DNA of 29,147 bases, taken from IMG/VR virus record IMGVR_UViG_3300042940_001342, positions 1 to 29,147 of that record. The stretch is one strand, 5' to 3'. Below are positions 24,128 to 29,147 of this stretch, one piece after another. Both the position numbers and the translations under genes were made by a program. The stretch's first letter is position 1; the number at the start of each line of letters is the position of its first letter. Below the pieces are notes generated by a model, which ran no database searches, was not told the DNA's origin, and saw nothing but the letters and a program-made list of their open reading frames with translations. The stretch is from a virus. Its lineage: Duplodnaviria > Caudoviricetes.

Positions 24128-24341
24128 CGACCCGCTCTACCTCGACACCCCCAAGGACGTAATGGTGCAGGAATACTGGACTTGGGCTTACGAGGAAAAG
24201 CGGGTGAAGGGCGACACCTCGGAGGAATTCGAGATGGAGCCCGAAGAGTTTGACGCTGAGGTCAAGGCATTCATGGCGGACGCTGAGGACGAGGACGATT
24301 TCGAGGAAGTGCCGCCCGGTGCGGTGGTGGCGGAGGCCTAG
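24036..24341 (+). CDS. Tail assembly chaperone extension (T-like), probably reached by +1 frameshift
   Basis: Overlapping +1 frame encoding LWYRQTFRLAPNDPLYLD and an acidic tail; no in-frame ATG before 24162; stop abuts the tape measure ATG. Confidence 0.62.
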   Translation, partial: FKNLRNLKRAAKESAGTIELWYRQTFRLAPNDPLYLDTPKDVMVQEYWTWAYEEKRVKGDTSEEFEMEPEEFDAEVKAFMADAEDEDDFEEVPPGAVVAEA

Positions 24342-27116
24342 ATGGCGCAAGAGGTGAAGATCGGCGTTGGGGCCAACGTCGCCGCCGGTGAGCAGGCCAT
24401 CCGCCGCGTCGAGGCGGCCGCCGCGGCAACCGCCCGAACGGTTGATCGGGTCGGTCAGGCCTCCCGGAAAGCGGCGAGCGATCTTGGCAGTGTCGAGCGC
24501 GCGGCCCGCCAGCTGGCGGCTACGCAGGCCATGCTTCAGCGCGAGTTGGGCCGGCCGGTCAGCACCGGCGATGCGCAAACCTGGATGTCCAACTTTGAGC
24601 GCTCGCGTCACGGCCGTGGCCTGGGCGCTCGCCGGACGCGGGCCTTCGACGGTCCAGAGGAATGGTACAACGGCCACGCCGGCACCTTCGCCCGCCAAGC
24701 GCAAGCTGAACACCACCGGCGCATGGTCATCCATCAGAACCTTCAGGGGACCGATTACAGCCGCCAGAATCCCCCGCCCCCGCCCGGTGGCGGCGATGAG
24801 GGCGGCGCTGGGCGCGGCGGCGGCGGCGGATTTCAGGCGGGACTGAATCGTGCGCGCGGGATGGCCGGCCGCTTCGCTATGGCGGGTCTGGCGCTGGCCG
24901 GTGTTGGCGGCGTCATGTCCATTGCCAGCCGTGGCCTGGACAATGCCAACGAGGAGAACATCGGAACCGACACGCTCAAGCGAAAGCTGGGCGACCTCGG
25001 CGCCGACTTCGACCGGCTGCGAACGCAGGCTCGCATGGCCGGCGACGGCCTCGGCCTGACCTACGTCGAGTCCAACCGGCTGGCGCAGCAATACGCCAGC
25101 GAGGTCGGGAACCTGCGGGGCGGTCTGGGCGGCGGCCTGCGCGCCGGCATCGGCTTCAGCCGCGCCTATGGTCTGGACCCTGAGGCTGGCACGCAATTCA
25201 TGGGGACCATGCGCCGCGTCGGCGCCGTGGGTGGCGATGAGCAGTCCAACCGCCGGCTGGCCCTGATGATCGCCGACGGGGTCGCCAAGGGTGGCTACGG
25301 CGCCAAGGCCGACGCTGTCCTGCAGGCGGTGGCCGACTACAGCTCCTCGATCGCCCGTCATGCGCTCTCCACCCCCAACGTCGGCGCCTACATGGCCGGC
25401 ATGGCGTCCCTCACCTCGACCGGTCGGCCGGGCCTTGACCCCGCCGGCGCCGCCGGGATCCTGAACGCCGCCGACGGCTCGGTGCGCAAGGGTGGTTCCT
25501 ACGGCGAGGCCGGGATGAATTTCATCTACGCCTCCATGCGCGGCGCCACGCCCGACCCGCTCATGGCCAAGGCCCTGTGGAACGGCGGCCTGTTCGGCAC
25601 GACGCGCAACACCTTCGGGCCAAACACCTCCGCCGGCGACTACTACCGCCGCAACGGCATGGGCACGCCCGGCCTGAGCGACACGACCAATTTCCAGCGC
25701 ATCCGGGCGCAGCTGGGCCGCATCGCACCCCGTTACCGGGCGGAGGCGGCGCAAAACCTGCTCGGCCTCTCGTCGCCCCAGCAGGCCATGGAACTGCTGT
25801 CCATGTCGGACTCGAGCGTCAACATGGCGCAGAAGTACGTCGACAAGGCCGGTATCACCCCCAAGGCGTCCAGCATTGCCGCGATCGCCCGCATCGCCAA
25901 TGCGCGCGGCATGGGCGAACTGAGGCCCATGGTCGACAGTGTCGCGGCCCGCGGCGACGTGAGCAAGGCTGAGCGGGACCGCCTTTTCAAGGCGCGGGAC
26001 GGCGGCAACGTCGACGAGCTCAAGGCCGCCCTGGTCGCCGTGGTCGGCACGAAAGAGCAGGAGGAGAGCGAGGGGTCGAAGACCCGCACCTCGATCAGCG
26101 AGTTGACCAACAAGGTGACCGAGATCGGCCAAAAGCTGGTTCCCGCCGCCGACGCCATCCGCAACGCCGTGGTGGCGGTCGCCGAGGTTCTGGTTCCCGG
26201 CTTCAAGACCGGCCGCGCCGTCGCGATGGCCCGGGAGGAAGAGCGCAGGGGCAACATCGACCACCGGGCCAAGGCCCTCGGTAGCGGCATGGACGCGGAA
26301 TTCTATGACGGGTCGGTGAAGTCGGCGGTGGATAGCTACCGGGAGAACGTCAAGCGGAATGGCGGCAAGGACATTGAGACGGCCGCCAAGCCCGAGCGGA
26401 GCAACTTTACCAGCGACAAGGACTACCACCTGGCCATGGGCCGGTGGGAGGCGATCGACAAGATTCGCAACCCGGCCAACTACGGTTCAAATGGCCGCCG
26501 CAAGCCGGCCGGCGATCTGCAAAAGCGGCGCGAGCGGGATGCTGTAAATTACTTCATGAGCGAGGGCATGCACCGCCGCGGCGCTATCGCGATGGTCGCG
26601 AATCTGGCGCAGGAGTCCGGCATGCGCCCCGAGGCCATTGGTGATGACGGCGCGGCTAAAGGCATCGCCCAATGGCATCCCGATCGCTACCGAAAGATGG
26701 TCGCCTGGGCACGCAAAAAGGGCCTGAACCCAAACGATTATTGGACACAGGTGCAGTACGTCCGACATGAGGCTGAGTACGAACCCGAGGGTGATCAGGC
26801 CTGGCAAAAGCTGAAAGGCTACGGCGGGGACCACCGCCAAGGCGCTACCCTTTTCGGCAAGGTCTATGAGCGTCACGCGAAGAGTGAGCCCGTCGCTTGG
26901 CGTCAAGCCCACGCTGACCGTATCGCCGGTGATCTGGCGTCCAATCCCATGCCGGCGAGCGCGGGCGCTGGGCCTGCCCCGGCGCAGGCCGCCGCCGGGG
27001 TCAGGGTCGATGTCGGCGCGCCCTCCGAGGTGCTTCTGCGTGACGCCACCACGCGAGCGCCCATGGGCACGTTCATGCTGAAGCCGACGGCCACGCCGAA
27101 ACCGGCTGGGAAATAG
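24342..27116 (+). CDS. Tape measure protein with C-terminal phage tail lysozyme-like domain
   Basis: 924 aa, Ala/Gly-rich; ANLAQES (N at 26601), GIAQW, QVQYV..E and F.KVYER near the C-terminus. Confidence 0.8.
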   Translation: MAQEVKIGVGANVAAGEQAIRRVEAAAAATARTVDRVGQASRKAASDLGSVERAARQLAATQAMLQRELGRPVSTGDAQTWMSNFERSRHGRGLGARRTRAFDGPEEWYNGHAGTFARQAQAEHHRRMVIHQNLQGTDYSRQNPPPPPGGGDEGGAGRGGGGGFQAGLNRARGMAGRFAMAGLALAGVGGVMSIASRGLDNANEENIGTDTLKRKLGDLGADFDRLRTQARMAGDGLGLTYVESNRLAQQYASEVGNLRGGLGGGLRAGIGFSRAYGLDPEAGTQFMGTMRRVGAVGGDEQSNRRLALMIADGVAKGGYGAKADAVLQAVADYSSSIARHALSTPNVGAYMAGMASLTSTGRPGLDPAGAAGILNAADGSVRKGGSYGEAGMNFIYASMRGATPDPLMAKALWNGGLFGTTRNTFGPNTSAGDYYRRNGMGTPGLSDTTNFQRIRAQLGRIAPRYRAEAAQNLLGLSSPQQAMELLSMSDSSVNMAQKYVDKAGITPKASSIAAIARIANARGMGELRPMVDSVAARGDVSKAERDRLFKARDGGNVDELKAALVAVVGTKEQEESEGSKTRTSISELTNKVTEIGQKLVPAADAIRNAVVAVAEVLVPGFKTGRAVAMAREEERRGNIDHRAKALGSGMDAEFYDGSVKSAVDSYRENVKRNGGKDIETAAKPERSNFTSDKDYHLAMGRWEAIDKIRNPANYGSNGRRKPAGDLQKRRERDAVNYFMSEGMHRRGAIAMVANLAQESGMRPEAIGDDGAAKGIAQWHPDRYRKMVAWARKKGLNPNDYWTQVQYVRHEAEYEPEGDQAWQKLKGYGGDHRQGATLFGKVYERHAKSEPVAWRQAHADRIAGDLASNPMPASAGAGPAPAQAAAGVRVDVGAPSEVLLRDATTRAPMGTFMLKPTATPKPAGK

Positions 27117-27118
27117 CC

Positions 27119-28693
27119 ATGGCCGAGGAAAACCCCGTCGAGGAAGTCGTCGTCGCCGGCAAGCCGCGGCCCAAGGGCGCGCAGGTCTTCAAGCCGCAAA
27201 TCTCGATCGTCCTGAAAAAGGTCATTGGCCGGAAGCTGGCCGGCACGGTCTCGCCCGACAACCCCAAGGAAATCGCCGCCAGCGAGCGCTTCAAGGAGTC
27301 GGCGCGGGAAATCGACCTGTCCCCCTACTTCGGCGAGGGCTGTCAGGTCAGCGTGCAGCGCTCAACGCGGGCGCCGGCCGGCATGTGGTCGGTCACCCTC
27401 GTCGATCGCATGGTGCCGGACCAGTATGAGTCCCTGTACGGCCTGATTGAGCCCATGGACATCGTCGAGATTCGCATGGCGCGCGATGTCTCGCCCTATG
27501 CCGGCCAGTTGCCCCGGTCGATGCCCCTGATGCTGCGCGGCTTCGTCTCCAAGATTCGCCGCACGACCGTGATGACCCAGCGCGGGCCGCGCCGCGCCGT
27601 GGTGATGTCCGGGCAGGACTACGGCAAAATCCTGCAGATGATGCGGGTGGAGTACCGCTTCGGGCAGGTGATCGGGCAGAACCTGCTGACCGCCCTGAAG
27701 CTGGCCGTCAACTATGGCGTCGATTCCCAGCCCTACGCGGACGCGGGCGAATTCATCGTCGAGATTATCGACAAGGTGATCAACACCGGCGACGGCACGG
27801 GCTTTCTGGCCACCATGCGGGACAACGCCGCGCCCGGCGTGGCCAGCCCGGTGCAGGACATCGCGGTGCTGGCGTCCCCCGGCAACGGCGAGGTTACCCC
27901 CTTCGGTGCTCAGGACTGGTCCGGCGGCTCGATTTACGATCTGCTGCGCACCTTCGGCGACGTCGGCGCCTGGAACGAGCTCTACATCGAGGACCGCGAG
28001 GAAGGGCCGTATCTGATCTACAGGCCGACACCCTTCCGCGACCTGGAGGGAGAGTACATCCAGAAGATCAGCGGGGAGAACCTGCCGCCGACGGTCGACA
28101 TCTTCGGCGACCAGATCGTCAACCTGGAGATGGAGCGCAGCGACGAAAACGTCGCCAACGCCTTCTACGTCAACGCCCCCCGCTATGACCTCGTCGACGG
28201 CACCCTGCTGAAGGCGGCCGAACTCGTCGCTGACGACCCGTCCGGCTACGTCCTGCTCGACTACGCCAACTCGACGCCGAAACTGTACGGGTTCCGCGTG
28301 ATGGAGGACACGACCAACCAGGGCCGTCGCACCGATGGCCAGCCTGAGGCCGAATACGAGGCGGGCAACCAAGCCGGCATCGGCCTGACCACCATCCGCC
28401 GCGAAGTGCTGATCAGGAACAACCGGGACAACGTCGTGCTTGAGTCCGGCGGGATCCAGATGCGCGGCGACGAGCGGGTGCAGCACGGATCGTACCTGCG
28501 CGTGTCGATCGGCGGCGACTTCACGATGAATGTCTATGCGCACACCGTGACGCACAGTTTCGCCTTCGGGGGCAACTACATGACGGCGGTCGATTGGGAC
28601 CGCGGCGACGGCTTCGTGCAGCGCCTCAAGCGCGAGCGGACCGCTGGCGGGCCCTACCTGTCGGAACTGAAGCTGGGCGGCGCCTATGGATAA
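27119..28693 (+). CDS. Putative baseplate hub protein
   Basis: 524 aa between tape measure and spike; SGQDYGKIL, NELYIED, YRPTPF, VTHSF.FG. Confidence 0.68.
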   Translation: MAEENPVEEVVVAGKPRPKGAQVFKPQISIVLKKVIGRKLAGTVSPDNPKEIAASERFKESAREIDLSPYFGEGCQVSVQRSTRAPAGMWSVTLVDRMVPDQYESLYGLIEPMDIVEIRMARDVSPYAGQLPRSMPLMLRGFVSKIRRTTVMTQRGPRRAVVMSGQDYGKILQMMRVEYRFGQVIGQNLLTALKLAVNYGVDSQPYADAGEFIVEIIDKVINTGDGTGFLATMRDNAAPGVASPVQDIAVLASPGNGEVTPFGAQDWSGGSIYDLLRTFGDVGAWNELYIEDREEGPYLIYRPTPFRDLEGEYIQKISGENLPPTVDIFGDQIVNLEMERSDENVANAFYVNAPRYDLVDGTLLKAAELVADDPSGYVLLDYANSTPKLYGFRVMEDTTNQGRRTDGQPEAEYEAGNQAGIGLTTIRREVLIRNNRDNVVLESGGIQMRGDERVQHGSYLRVSIGGDFTMNVYAHTVTHSFAFGGNYMTAVDWDRGDGFVQRLKRERTAGGPYLSELKLGGAYG

Positions 28694-29147
28694 GACCGGC
28701 CTGCGCGTGGCCAAGGTGCTGGCCAGTCACCCTGAAGCCTACGCTGTCACCGTCCTTCTCCTTGACACCGGCGTGAAGATTCCGCGCGTTCAGGTGCTGT
28801 CCTGGTCGGCCTCGACCAACACCGGCGCCGCCGACCTCCCAGAGCCCTCGGCGCCCAAGGGGGCCTACGGCGCCGCCGACACCAAGGATCGCGACACCTA
28901 TGCGGTGGTCGGCTTTGTGGCCGGCACTCCCGTCGTGCTGGGGTTCCTGTTCCCTCAGGTCTGCCAGATGCTTTTCGAGGATGCCAACCGCAAGGTCGAG
29001 CGCCACGCCAGCGACTGGTACACCACCGTCGACGGCGCCGGGAATTTCGAGGCCTACCACCCCTCTGGAACCTACCTGCGCATCGGCACGGCGCCAGAGC
29101 ATGAAGACCTGACCGGCGCCGACTATGACGGCAAGTGGAAGATCGAC
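28686..29147 (+). CDS. Baseplate central spike (gpV/gp5-like), truncated at the window end; absent from the ORF track
   Basis: MDKTGLRVAKVLASHPEAYAVTV...AVVGFVAGTPVVLGFLFP...YHPSGTYLRIG, an OB-fold-like start followed by beta repeats; open to the window end. Confidence 0.7.
   Translation, partial: MDKTGLRVAKVLASHPEAYAVTVLLLDTGVKIPRVQVLSWSASTNTGAADLPEPSAPKGAYGAADTKDRDTYAVVGFVAGTPVVLGFLFPQVCQMLFEDANRKVERHASDWYTTVDGAGNFEAYHPSGTYLRIGTAPEHEDLTGADYDGKWKID

Larger units (their letters stand above)
1..29147 (+). mobile_element. Myovirus-type phage, prophage or phage-plasmid late region
   Basis: Colinear head-neck-sheath-tube-tape measure-baseplate genes; no integrase, terminase, portal or att site in the window. 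Confidence 0.9.

Noticed and set aside
21476-29147. Tailocin, eCIS or T6SS interpretation
   Set aside because: Capsid, protease, scaffold and neck genes are present, which indicates a complete phage virion module.
1-29147. CRISPR arrays, tRNA/rRNA genes, IS elements, introns/inteins, DGR repeats
   Set aside because: None seen by eye; intergenic spaces are short, and the TCGTGAC copies are dispersed rather than arrayed.

Overview
High-GC window, probably from an alphaproteobacterial phage, prophage or phage-plasmid (host inferred from composition and the RadC type). It covers the late/virion region of a contractile-tailed phage. Left half (1-14.2 kb): RadC/JAB protein, small proteins, two very large SNF2-type helicase proteins (1996 aa N6-MTase+helicase resembling P1 DarB; 1508 aa helicase only), a beta-class DNA methyltransferase and an HTH protein. 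Right half: putative prohead protease, scaffold, major capsid of SPO1/Twort/A511 style, neck proteins (one inverted), tail completion, sheath, tube, tail chaperone, tape measure with a C-terminal lysozyme domain, baseplate hub and a truncated spike. Main observations: (1) Seven intergenic copies of TCGTGA[C/G]-NN-(C/T)AnnnT-N6; six lie exactly 14 nt before a start codon, which suggests activator-dependent leaderless late promoters, and two form a symmetric divergent pair. (2) A hydrophobic-x-K-[A/S] motif shared by capsid, scaffold, protease and the N-termini of both giant helicases, which suggests a capsid-targeting/processing signal for injected cargo. (3) A 30-aa copy of the capsid N-arm inside the protease C-terminus. 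(4) QxxLF-like clamp-binding motifs on the cargo enzymes. (5) A probable +1 frameshift (TCC TTT C) in the tail chaperone. All family assignments are from motif recognition and gene order; no database search was run.
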